Part shown: in pieces, positions 26,729-35,350 of the stretch
Layout: every line of letters begins with the position of its first letter
Numbering within the stretch: the first letter of the stretch is position 1
NCBI GenBank assembly: GCA_009776695.1
Contig: WRNI01000001.1
Span: forward strand, 1 to 39,795
Source: Methanomassiliicoccaceae archaeon
GTDB taxonomy: Archaea; Thermoplasmatota; Thermoplasmata; Methanomassiliicoccales; Methanomethylophilaceae
Reading direction: 5' to 3'
Length of the DNA: 39,795 nt
Notes under the pieces: model-generated
Seen by the model: only the letters and a program-made list of their open reading frames with translations
What the model was told of the DNA's origin: nothing
The model's database searches: none
Position numbers and translations under genes: made by a program

Positions 26729-27310
26729 TCATCCCAGTTTCTTCATCAGCCATGATATGTTCTCGGCGAGCGTATGCATCGTCGCGTTCGCTTCCGCATC
26801 CTTTTCAAAATCGCCCGGGTTCATTGATAACGTCAGATTCCAGTACGACGAACCGGGAACGATCATTTCGGATATCGTAAAGAAATGATTTATTGTATCG
26901 AATACGCTCACCGCCCCGGCGCGTCTCGCGGCGACGACCGCCGCGCCTATCTTCCTCTTAAGGAAGTTGCCGTTCGACCTGCTCACGTAACCGCACCTGT
27001 CTATGAGCGCCTTCGTTTCCGGCGTAAGACCGGCGATGTATGTCGGCGATCCTATCAGAATGCAGTCGGCATCCGCCATCTTGGATGTCCATTCGTTCAT
27101 TTTGTCGGATGTGACGACACACCTCATATCTTTGTTCGTCCTGCACGCGCCGCATGCCTTGCAGCCGTGTATCAGTTCGCCGCCTACCTGTACGAATTCC
27201 GTCTCAAAACCGTCCTTCCGCAGATCGGAGAGAACGAGCCTCAGCATGTGAGCCGTGTTCCCGTCCGTTCTCGGGCTTCCGTTGAATGCCACTACTTTCA
27301 TTTTTATCAC
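26729..27310 (-). CDS. Flavodoxin-like NADPH-dependent FMN reductase / iron-sulfur flavoprotein-like protein
   Basis: 193 aa. KVVAFNGSPRTDGNTAHML, a Cys cluster HGCKACGACR...C and ILIGSPTY are present. The start abuts the acyl-CoA synthetase stop with 0-nt spacing (alternative ATG at 27301). Confidence 0.85.
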   Translation of the reverse strand: MIKMKVVAFNGSPRTDGNTAHMLRLVLSDLRKDGFETEFVQVGGELIHGCKACGACRTNKDMRCVVTSDKMNEWTSKMADADCILIGSPTYIAGLTPETKALIDRCGYVSRSNGNFLKRKIGAAVVAARRAGAVSVFDTINHFFTISEMIVPGSSYWNLTLSMNPGDFEKDAEANATMHTLAENISWLMKKLG

Positions 27311-28963
27311 CTACGCGTCCGGCCACAGTTCGGCCGACATCTCTCTCAGTTTGAATTTCATTATCTTGCCGCTGGCGGTCATCGGGAAATCTTTCACGAA
27401 TGTGACGTATTTCGGTGTCTTATACCACGCTATCTTTCCCTTGCAGAAGTTCTGCACGTCCGTGGGCATCATTGACACCCCTTCTTTGAGGATGATGAAC
27501 GCCCCCGGCTGTTCGCCGTATTTTTTGCTGGGAACGCCTACGACTTGCACATCACGTATTCCCGGCATGTTGTAAAGGAAATCCTCCACTTCCTTCGGGT
27601 AGATATTCTCGCCTCCGCGTATTATCATATCTTTTATTCTCCCTGTCACGGAGAAATAACCGCTCTCGTCCTTTATTCCGATATCGCCTGAATGTAACCA
27701 GCCGTCCTTGTCGATCGCCCTCTTCGTCTCGTCGGGCATGTTGTAATACCCTTTCATGACGATATATCCGCGGCAGCAGAATTCTCCGGGAACGCCCGGC
27801 GGGCATATCTGATGCGTCTCAGGATCGATTATCTCCACCTCGACACCCTGTAACGCCGGACCGACCGTCGAGCACTTGCGTTCGATGCTCGGTTCGTCGT
27901 ATCTCGTCTGCGTCATCCCCGGCGACGATTCCGTAAGGCCGTAGACTATTGTCATCTCCTTCGCGTTCATTTTCTCAACGACGTCGTTCATCGTTTTTAT
28001 CGGACACGGAGAGCCTGCCATTATTCCCGTCCTCAGCGTACTGAAATCGAATTTGCTGAATAGTTTGTGCTCAAGTATGCCGATGAACATCGTCGGGACG
28101 CCGTAGACGGCGGTGCACCGTTCCTGTTCGATCGCCGTCATTGCGACCACAGGATCATACTGCTCAAGTATCACCATCGTCGACCCGTGGTTCACCGACG
28201 CCATCACTCCGAGAACGCATCCGAAACAATGGAACAGCGGAACGGGAAGGCATATACGATCCTTTTCTGAATAGTTCATGTTCTCGCCTATCCAGAAACC
28301 GTCGTTCCCTATGTTGGAGTGCGTTAACATCACTCCTTTCGGAAAGCCTGTCGTTCCCGACGTATATTGCATATTGACAACATCATGACAGCTCAGACTG
28401 TTCTTTCTCTCTTCGAACTCTTCATCGGACACCTGACAGGAAAGTGACATTATCTCGGTCATCGAGTACATTCCGCGGTGTTTCTCCGGACCGAGGAATA
28501 TCACATTCCTCAGGTGCGGATATTTTTCCGAATGGAACTTCTCCCTCGGTTGTTCTTTCAGTTCAGGTATCAGCTCGTATATCGTTCCCACGTAATCGGT
28601 ATCGCGGTAACCGTCTATCATCATCAGGTGCTCGGTCTCCGACTGCCGTAATATGTAATCTATCTCGGACGATCTGTAATTTGTGTTTATTGTCAGCAGT
28701 ATGGCACCGATCTTTGCGGTGGCGAACTGCACTGACACCCAGTGAGGAACGTTCGTCGCCCATATAGCAAGTTTGTCGCCCTTTTTGACGCCCAACGCCA
28801 TAAGTCCTTTCGCTATGACGTCAACGGATTCATTGAACTCTTTCCAGGTCATCCTGTAATCGCGGTCAACGTAAACGACCGCGTCAACATCAGGATATTC
28901 GGCCGCGCGCTTCTCCAGAAGCTGACCGAGTGTCTCATCGGTCATGATCTCTTTTCGCTTCAT
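27311..28963 (-). CDS. AMP-dependent acyl-CoA synthetase/ligase (ANL superfamily)
   Basis: 550 aa. It has the AMP-binding motif MQYTSGTTGFPKGVMLTH, together with YGLTES, SGDIG...GYF..TGRIKDMI..GGENIYP and a C-terminal GKI.K. Confidence 0.9.
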   Translation of the reverse strand: MKRKEIMTDETLGQLLEKRAAEYPDVDAVVYVDRDYRMTWKEFNESVDVIAKGLMALGVKKGDKLAIWATNVPHWVSVQFATAKIGAILLTINTNYRSSEIDYILRQSETEHLMMIDGYRDTDYVGTIYELIPELKEQPREKFHSEKYPHLRNVIFLGPEKHRGMYSMTEIMSLSCQVSDEEFEERKNSLSCHDVVNMQYTSGTTGFPKGVMLTHSNIGNDGFWIGENMNYSEKDRICLPVPLFHCFGCVLGVMASVNHGSTMVILEQYDPVVAMTAIEQERCTAVYGVPTMFIGILEHKLFSKFDFSTLRTGIMAGSPCPIKTMNDVVEKMNAKEMTIVYGLTESSPGMTQTRYDEPSIERKCSTVGPALQGVEVEIIDPETHQICPPGVPGEFCCRGYIVMKGYYNMPDETKRAIDKDGWLHSGDIGIKDESGYFSVTGRIKDMIIRGGENIYPKEVEDFLYNMPGIRDVQVVGVPSKKYGEQPGAFIILKEGVSMMPTDVQNFCKGKIAWYKTPKYVTFVKDFPMTASGKIMKFKLREMSAELWPDA

Positions 28964-28967
28964 TGGA

Positions 28968-29525
28968 TCACACCGGCGCGTATATCACCGCTAATATCTC
29001 AGCGTGCTCTTTCGAAGAACCGAGGTGATGCGGCACCAGCGAATTGTAATAGACGCTGTCCCCCTTTTTCAGTATGTGCACCTCTTTGCCGTAGATCAGT
29101 TTTATCTCGCCCGACATCACCAGTATGAACTCCTCGCCTTCGTGCGATGACAGTTCCTCCTTCTCATCCGCTTCGATCCTGATGTACAGCGGCTCCATGT
29201 GCCTGTCCGTCTTTCCCTTTCCCAGCGGATAGTAATGGTAATGACCGTCGGCGCCCCTGTGCGATGACGTTTCCTCTTCTCTTCCGTCCGTTCTTATTAT
29301 CAGCGGGTCCTTTTCGAACTGGTCGTCCATGAATGTTCCTACCCGCTGGCCCAGCGCCCTTGACAGTTTTATGATGGAACCGATCGGCGGATATGTCTTA
29401 CCGTCCTCGATATCATTGATAAGACGCAAACTGAGACCGGAATTCGTTGACAGCTCCTCCGCTGTCAGGCCTAATTTCTCTCTGTACATACGAACTCTTT
29501 TACCCAGCTTATCTGTTGCGGACAT
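28968..29525 (-). CDS. XRE-family HTH transcriptional regulator with C-terminal cupin domain
   Basis: I prefer the start at the ATG at 29525 (MSATDKLGKRVRMYREKLGLTAEELSTNSGLSLRLINDIEDGK is the HTH_3 pattern). The cupin part is HEGEEFILVMSGEIKLIYG...GDSVYYNSLVPHHL. The 46-aa upstream extension in the track ORF has no coding character. The stop is 4 nt from the acyl-CoA synthetase start. Confidence 0.85.
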   Translation of the reverse strand: MSATDKLGKRVRMYREKLGLTAEELSTNSGLSLRLINDIEDGKTYPPIGSIIKLSRALGQRVGTFMDDQFEKDPLIIRTDGREEETSSHRGADGHYHYYPLGKGKTDRHMEPLYIRIEADEKEELSSHEGEEFILVMSGEIKLIYGKEVHILKKGDSVYYNSLVPHHLGSSKEHAEILAVIYAPV

Positions 29526-29699
29526 AATGATATCCTCATATGCGGATATGAGCCAAGGTATATAGATGATTCTTGCTGCCGAACGGATATGAACAGCGAT
29601 AAGATGTGTGCGGATGTGAAACGCGCTGCCGCGACGGAAGTCCGCGCTCCGGTTTTTTTGCATTAACTTTTTCTATATGTTGTATTATCAGTCCGCTGA

Positions 29700-30476
29700 A
29701 TGCCAATAGCTGACATAAACGGACAGAGGATCAATTACGAGGTGAAAGGTGAAGGAATTCCGGTGGTGCTCATCACCGGATTCGGAAGTGACATGCCATT
29801 TTGGGATGCGCTTCTTCCGTACCTCAATAACTATAAGGTCATAATGCTGGACAATCGCGGCGTAGGGAAAACGAAATATAACGGAAAGTTCACCGCCTTC
29901 GACCTTACCGATGATGTTCTCGCTCTGATGGACCATTTATCGGTTTTCAGGGCGCACATAGTCGGATGGTCAATGGGCGGCTGCATGGCCCAGGAGCTTT
30001 CGTTAAGGCATCCTGAGCGTGTGATCTCGTTAACGTTAATTTCCGCGTACATGAGACGACCGGCACGTTCGAGCTTTGCAATGCGGGCCGCAATAAAAGC
30101 GGTGAACGAAGGCGCTGACATGGAGACGTTCGCGATGCTCCTGCAGGTCATGTGCCTTTCCGAGCCGATATTCCTGAGAAGGGAGCAGAAGGGCGCTGCC
30201 GTCAGCAAACGTCCGTTCGCGGCGACGATAGACGGTATAAGTGATCAGATGGACTCGGTGGACGCGTACGACAGCAGAAAGCGCATATTCGGAATTTCCG
30301 TTCCGACACTTTGCATATTCGGGCTGAGCGACATCATGTGCCCGCCGGAGATCGGCGAGGAGATAACGTCTCTTATCAAAGGATGCAGACCATATCGCGT
30401 ACCGGGCGCAGGGCACATAATAAACCCTGCCGCATACCATAAAGCAATGACGGACCACTTTAAAGAGAACGAATGA
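29700..30476 (+). CDS. Alpha/beta-fold hydrolase
   Basis: 258 aa. It has PVVLITGFG, the nucleophile elbow GWSMGG, and a C-terminal GAGH catalytic His region. Confidence 0.85.
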   Translation: MPIADINGQRINYEVKGEGIPVVLITGFGSDMPFWDALLPYLNNYKVIMLDNRGVGKTKYNGKFTAFDLTDDVLALMDHLSVFRAHIVGWSMGGCMAQELSLRHPERVISLTLISAYMRRPARSSFAMRAAIKAVNEGADMETFAMLLQVMCLSEPIFLRREQKGAAVSKRPFAATIDGISDQMDSVDAYDSRKRIFGISVPTLCIFGLSDIMCPPEIGEEITSLIKGCRPYRVPGAGHIINPAAYHKAMTDHFKENE

Positions 30477-30981
30477 GCTTCTCTCTCTTTTTACGTGCCT
30501 CTGCGATCAGCTCTTCCACGAAATTCTTGATCTTCGGGGTGCACGGCCAGTCATCCTCCATGTACGACAGATCGATATCGGTACCGTTCACTATTGAAAG
30601 ATATACGCGGCTCATGAACTTCGCCACAAGGTACGGAAAATCGCGGCATATCTCCGGCCTTCCCGTCCATATCCTGCATCTGCCGTCGTAACCAAGGAAT
30701 CTGCATTTTCCGTCCTTCCTGAACAACCATCGATCATCCACGCGGTAAAGGTACTCGTCAATGAATTCGTCCCTGCTCATGCCCAGATGCGAAGCTATCC
30801 TTTCAACTTCGCCGTCCCTTACCGTTATGTTAGGCTGATGGCAGCATTTCCCGCACATCTCGCACGGAGAGATGTCATGAAGATATTTGCACACGTCGTA
30901 CGCAAGATCAAGGTCCCTGAGCATCTGCGGAGGTATCTCGTCGAGTCCTTCGAGGATGTATTTGTCACGATATTTTGCCAT
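30460..30981 (-). CDS. YkgJ/UPF0153-type cysteine-cluster protein (CxxCxxCC Zn/Fe-chelating domain)
   Basis: 173 aa. CEMCGKCCHQP plus downstream Cys residues (GKCRFL, GRCRIW, PEICRDFP) are typical of the PF03692-like family. It converges on the hydrolase gene with a 17-nt overlap. Confidence 0.8.
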   Translation of the reverse strand: MAKYRDKYILEGLDEIPPQMLRDLDLAYDVCKYLHDISPCEMCGKCCHQPNITVRDGEVERIASHLGMSRDEFIDEYLYRVDDRWLFRKDGKCRFLGYDGRCRIWTGRPEICRDFPYLVAKFMSRVYLSIVNGTDIDLSYMEDDWPCTPKIKNFVEELIAEARKKREKLIRSL

Positions 30982-31002
30982 GATCGCTCACCGGATGTAA
31001 CA

Positions 31003-31356
31003 TTAAATGAGCGTGATGCCCAGCATGAAACCTATCACGGACACACCCATGGCGGCGCCGGCAAGGATCATGAGCTCTTTTTTGTTATCGATGTTAGGTG
31101 TATTTCTGGTCACAGTCATCGAATAGCTACCGAGCACCAGACCTATCGCTCCCACGCATACGGGGACGTACCACATCTCCTCTGTAAGGAAATAACATAT
31201 TACCGATACGACGCCGAGAACGAGCGCAATGATCACCGCATACAGCGGAGGAATGGTCGCGGTTTCTCTTCTCACCGGCTGGTCCATCCTGTGGTCGCAT
31301 TCTTCGCAGAATATCGTATCGTCAGGATTGTCATGATGACATTTCGGGCATTTCAT
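31003..31356 (-). CDS. Zinc-ribbon membrane protein
   Basis: 117 aa. MKCPKCHHDNPDDTIFCEECDH (CxxC...CxxC) is followed by three predicted TM helices. Confidence 0.7.
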   Translation of the reverse strand: MKCPKCHHDNPDDTIFCEECDHRMDQPVRRETATIPPLYAVIIALVLGVVSVICYFLTEEMWYVPVCVGAIGLVLGSYSMTVTRNTPNIDNKKELMILAGAAMGVSVIGFMLGITLI

Positions 31357-31404
31357 GCATCCCCATCACCGCGCTCAGATAAAAACTCAATCCTTCGGCG
31401 AGGC

Positions 31405-31857
31405 TCAGTCCTTTACACGTTTCTCGGATTCGAAGAAGTCCCTCATGACACGGTACTCAAGACCGTCGTTCTTCATAAGTACGTCTATGGCGGCAAGCGA
31501 TATCTCCCTGACCTGCGGATCCCAAAGACCATGGACGATCACATGAAGCATTATATAACCGGAATTGAACAGCGTTCCCGACATCATATCGTTCGTCATT
31601 ACGCCACGCTTGAATGATGTCAGGTTGGCGGTGCATATATTTTTTTCATCATCCCCGTTGTGCGCGCACGCTTTTATGTGACCGATCATATCAGCACCTT
31701 TGTCAAAGCATGCTTTTGTGACGTCCGTCATCATCCTTTTCAGAAGGCCGCAGACAGCGTCCGGCGCCATGTCGCGTTCAGTATCTATTTTCAGCGTCAC
31801 CGAGAATTTTCCGAGTTCGTCTATCGAACGGTGCATATCAAGCTCAACATCATTCAT
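31405..31857 (-). CDS. Hypothetical protein, possibly a detached CobW_C-like partner of the upstream G3E GTPase
   Basis: 150 aa. The start ATG at 31857 overlaps the GTPase stop by 8 nt (ATGAATGA). It contains a His/Cys patch GHIKACAHNGDDEKNIC. I recognise no confident family motif. Confidence 0.55.
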   Translation of the reverse strand: MNDVELDMHRSIDELGKFSVTLKIDTERDMAPDAVCGLLKRMMTDVTKACFDKGADMIGHIKACAHNGDDEKNICTANLTSFKRGVMTNDMMSGTLFNSGYIMLHVIVHGLWDPQVREISLAAIDVLMKNDGLEYRVMRDFFESEKRVKD

Positions 31858-32527
31858 TGGGCCGCCCCCCGTACTGTTCTTTGAACCGTCCCTCTTCCAT
31901 CGCCTCGTCGTACTTCTTTGACGTCTGATTGACCATCAGGTCGGCCATTTCCTTTACGCCTTTGCCGGTCATTGCGGAGCCCAGCATTATATTCGCATTC
32001 GCATCTATTTTTTTGACGATACTGAGGCAGTTGTCTATCTCTTCGTCCATACATATATCGGTCTTGTTTATCATCACCGCGTCCGCTTCGCGTATCTGCG
32101 TTGCGATGAGCCTGCCGACGATCGCCATCTGTTCCTCTATTGTTGCGCAGTCAACGAACGTGACTATCGGCGAATGCGCTATGTCAAGGCCGCTGTTCTT
32201 TGATGCCTCGGCGACAGCCTGCTTAAGTCCCCACGGTATCGCGACGCCTGACGGCTCCACAAGGACGATATCAGGCTTGTAGCTCAGATGGATGTTCATT
32301 ATCGTCGTTGTGAATGTACCCTGAACTTCGCAGCATATGCATCCTCCCGAAACTTCCTTCACGTCGAGACCGTGCGAGCTCATAACTTTCTGATCGACGT
32401 TGATGTGACCCACGTCGTTAACTATCACCGCTACCTTGTATCCCCGTTCAATAAGCTCATCGGCAAGCTTCGTCAGGAACGACGTCTTTCCGGAGCCCAG
32501 GAATCCCGTGACCTGTGCAATTCTCAT
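31850..32527 (-). CDS. G3E-family P-loop GTPase, COG0523/CobW-like (N-terminal GTPase domain only)
   Basis: 225 aa. It has the Walker A motif GFLGSGKTSFL, the metal-binding GGCICCE (CxCC) motif, VEPSG and INKTD (the NKxD guanine-specificity motif). Confidence 0.85.
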   Translation of the reverse strand: MRIAQVTGFLGSGKTSFLTKLADELIERGYKVAVIVNDVGHINVDQKVMSSHGLDVKEVSGGCICCEVQGTFTTTIMNIHLSYKPDIVLVEPSGVAIPWGLKQAVAEASKNSGLDIAHSPIVTFVDCATIEEQMAIVGRLIATQIREADAVMINKTDICMDEEIDNCLSIVKKIDANANIMLGSAMTGKGVKEMADLMVNQTSKKYDEAMEEGRFKEQYGGRPNE

Positions 32528-32558
32528 AGGTACGCGACCGCGCTCATGGGATAAAATA

Positions 32559-33182
32559 TTACCCCATCTTTTCGTATACCGCCTCTATCCGCGACCGCCT
32601 CTCTCTGAATTTTGTAGCTTCGTCTATGCGTTCCGTTGATATCCGGCGGAACCCCCCGAAGAGGTCATTTAATTCAGTCTCGTCAAAATAATGATATCTT
32701 ATGCCGTTCCCTCTGATGACCGTGCGGTCATCTGTTCTTTCTCCCTTATCGGAGCGCATATCATCAGTGTGAAAGACGCGTACGAACAGTTTGCCGTTCA
32801 GTCTCAGGACGCGTCTCACCTCTTTCACCGCCGCTTCCATCTCGTCTGCGGTAAGGTGCTCGAGCACATGCACCATCACAACGCCGTCCGCATAACCGTC
32901 ATCGAACGGAAGGGAGACGGCCGATGCGCATTCAATTCTCATTTTGCTGCCGAAGATTGTCCGGCATGCTTCCGCCGCCTCTTCCGATATGTCTATGCCG
33001 ATGACATCGCATCCTTCTTCGATAAGCGCCGCCGACGTCTTTCCGTTGCCGCATCCGATATCGATGACCCTGTCGCCTTTTTTGAACGGTAACGGTATCT
33101 TTGTCTTAACGGCGCCTTTCCATTGACGGGTCTGTGAACGGTAAAGCTTGTTCCACGCATCCTTCTGGTCAGGCACGGCCAT
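32559..33182 (-). CDS. Class I SAM-dependent methyltransferase
   Basis: 207 aa. It has motif I VIDIGCGNGKTSAAL, an acidic residue after beta-2 (VIGIDISEEA), and post-motifs DGVVMVHVLEHL and LNGKLFV. Confidence 0.85.
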   Translation of the reverse strand: MAVPDQKDAWNKLYRSQTRQWKGAVKTKIPLPFKKGDRVIDIGCGNGKTSAALIEEGCDVIGIDISEEAAEACRTIFGSKMRIECASAVSLPFDDGYADGVVMVHVLEHLTADEMEAAVKEVRRVLRLNGKLFVRVFHTDDMRSDKGERTDDRTVIRGNGIRYHYFDETELNDLFGGFRRISTERIDEATKFRERRSRIEAVYEKMG

Positions 33183-33220
33183 GCGCGAGCATCAGCGGCA
33201 ACGATTAATAAATCTTTCAG

Positions 33221-34012
33221 TCAGAAGCCGGCGCCGACCGCTCTGCGGTCCGCCGTGAGCGTTCTCGGCGATCCGCTGCCGGCGATAACTTTCACGTTGA
33301 ACCTGTCATCTTTTCGTTCAAGCGACAGGACCTGTTCCGGCGATAAATGGGAATATCTCACTTCATTAACATACTTCTGCGCAATTCTCTGCGCCTCTTC
33401 CATCTCATCGATTGTCGGTCTGCGGTACGGCTGTCCCGGAACGGGTATGTAGCCCATGATGTGCAGCGGTATTTTATTGAAAGATGAGAGATATTCCGCT
33501 AATGCCTCCACCTGATCGATGTCAACGAGCCCGGGTATGTAGATAATGTTCACAGAAAGTTCCATGCCGTTACCGAACGCCCTCTCAAGATTTTTGTATA
33601 TCACATTCTTTTCAACGCCCGTTATGAATTTATGGACATCCTCATCCCATGCCTTTATGCCTATGTTGGCCGCATCAAGATAAGGAATATCGAGGTTACT
33701 GCCGTTCGTATGGCCGAGCATCGTCTTCGCATGCAGTTCATTTTTCACAAAGTCCAGGATCTCGGGCAATTCCTTTGAGACGGTCGGCTCACCGCCCATG
33801 AAATACACCTTTGCCGGGGATACCGAGCGCAAAGCATCTTTTATCTCGTCGTTCGTCAGAAAACGTTCCGGCCTCGGATAACTGAGACCGGGCGTCCCGT
33901 CAGCGCCACTTACCAATTTATATGAACATATGGGACATCTGAACGTGCATCCGTAGTTGTGGACGGTCGCAAAATTATGTTTGGCGTTGTGCGTAACTTT
34001 ATGGAATGCCAT
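33221..34012 (-). CDS. Radical SAM protein (PflA/activase-like, COG1180-like)
   Basis: 263 aa. It has the CxxxCxxC cluster GCTFRCPICSY, GGEPT, and a C-terminal HIMGYIPVPG...RPTIDEMEEAQRIAQ arrangement typical of activase-like radical SAM enzymes. Confidence 0.8.
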   Translation of the reverse strand: MAFHKVTHNAKHNFATVHNYGCTFRCPICSYKLVSGADGTPGLSYPRPERFLTNDEIKDALRSVSPAKVYFMGGEPTVSKELPEILDFVKNELHAKTMLGHTNGSNLDIPYLDAANIGIKAWDEDVHKFITGVEKNVIYKNLERAFGNGMELSVNIIYIPGLVDIDQVEALAEYLSSFNKIPLHIMGYIPVPGQPYRRPTIDEMEEAQRIAQKYVNEVRYSHLSPEQVLSLERKDDRFNVKVIAGSGSPRTLTADRRAVGAGF

Positions 34013-34259
34013 TCAGTGACCTCTCACAGGTCTGAATATATTAATGATATTTATAGTATTACGTTTTTGAAATTAGTGTTACTAAGATAGCACGAATGTG
34101 TTACTTTGATGTTTCAGCGATCTTTCCGAAAGAGCGGACACCGACCGGCGAATGAATTGCCGGATATGCCTTCGCTGACCTGATACAATAAAGCTTGGCT
34201 TTGACCATATTATCGGAACGTCGGCAACGCTTATTAGTCACGTTCTTTTCTCTTACATT

Positions 34260-35297
34260 ATGACGCATCTGACGAAAGAGCTCGCGCTGAGCATGCCTCT
34301 GAACCTCGGCGCATCAAAGTCCGGGATAGCGACCAAGGAAACATTAAAAGGTCCGTGCACAGCGGATATGGGATATGTGCTGCCCGGCGCAAGATCGGCG
34401 ATAATATTCTGTGTTCCTTTTGATCAGGAACTTATTGAGCCGTACCTGGGAAAGAAGGACTTCTCGCTGAACGCGAACAAGATGAGAACGACCACGTTCG
34501 CGGGAGGCATAGCCTTTGAGATCGCGACCGTTCTGACATCACTGGGATACAGAACGTACCCCGTCGCTCCGAACTTCGCTTTCAGAACGGACACAGAGAA
34601 CGGCATATTCGACCGCGTTCCGCCCATATCGCTGAAGCTTATGGCAAGAGCGTGCGGCATAGGCCACATAGGTCAGTCCGGTCTTTTAATAACGAAGGAG
34701 CACGGAGCGGCGTTCTCATTGGGCGCCGTTGTCACGGACGCGGAGCTTGAACCTACAGATCCGCTGCCTGAAAAGGACAACTACTGCGACCGTTGCGGGA
34801 TATGCAAGCAGTCGTGCATATCCGACCATATCAATAACGGCGCCGTTACGATAACATTGGGAAACGAAACGGTGAGGGCGGGCAATTGCAAACTTGCGGC
34901 GCGGTGCGCATATCCTTGCGGAGGTATAACCGGATTGCACAGAAGCGGAGAATGGTCAACATGGTCTCCCGGACGGTTCCCATTGCCGGATGATGATAAC
35001 GAATACCGAACGATATCGAAAAAATATGTTCACCGGTACCTGCAAAGGAAAAGGGAAGGCGCAATATGCTACAATCCTTTGCTTGCTTATCCGTTCGAGA
35101 TGCAGTACACCTGCTCGAATTGTCAGTTCGTCTGCCATCCCGATATCGATGTAAGGAAGAAAAGATACGAACTGCTGAGGAACGGCGGAGTGGTCATCGA
35201 AGAAGAGGACGGAAGAAAACATTCGGTAACTCCGCCGGAAGCGGAAAAATTCATTTCCGATATGCTCGATGAAAGAAAAAAACTGTTCATTGATTAA
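34260..35297 (+). CDS. 4Fe-4S protein, epoxyqueuosine reductase (QueG)/reductive-dehalogenase-like
   Basis: 345 aa. The N-terminal SGIATKETLKG...LPGARSAIIFCVPF resembles the QueG N-domain. It has the ferredoxin motif CDRCGICKQSC and a second cluster-like CSNCQFVCHP. Confidence 0.6.
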   Translation: MTHLTKELALSMPLNLGASKSGIATKETLKGPCTADMGYVLPGARSAIIFCVPFDQELIEPYLGKKDFSLNANKMRTTTFAGGIAFEIATVLTSLGYRTYPVAPNFAFRTDTENGIFDRVPPISLKLMARACGIGHIGQSGLLITKEHGAAFSLGAVVTDAELEPTDPLPEKDNYCDRCGICKQSCISDHINNGAVTITLGNETVRAGNCKLAARCAYPCGGITGLHRSGEWSTWSPGRFPLPDDDNEYRTISKKYVHRYLQRKREGAICYNPLLAYPFEMQYTCSNCQFVCHPDIDVRKKRYELLRNGGVVIEEEDGRKHSVTPPEAEKFISDMLDERKKLFID

Positions 35298-35350
35298 TAA
35301 TATCGCCAGCATAATCAATAGATACGCGGAACGCATTGTTCCGTCATGTC

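Noticed and set aside
29526-29663. 46-aa N-terminal extension of the XRE/cupin regulator ORF
   Set aside because: The extension (MQKNRSADFRRGSAFHIRTHLIAVHIRSAARIIYIPWL...) lacks coding character, whereas the canonical HTH_3 domain begins right after the internal Met at 29525. The region more likely holds the divergent promoters.
30787-31617. 276-aa His-rich + strand ORF
   Set aside because: It spans the antisense of three separate well-formed minus-strand genes (YkgJ-type, zinc-ribbon and the 150-aa ORF) and their spacers. Its His/Arg richness reflects antisense codon bias.
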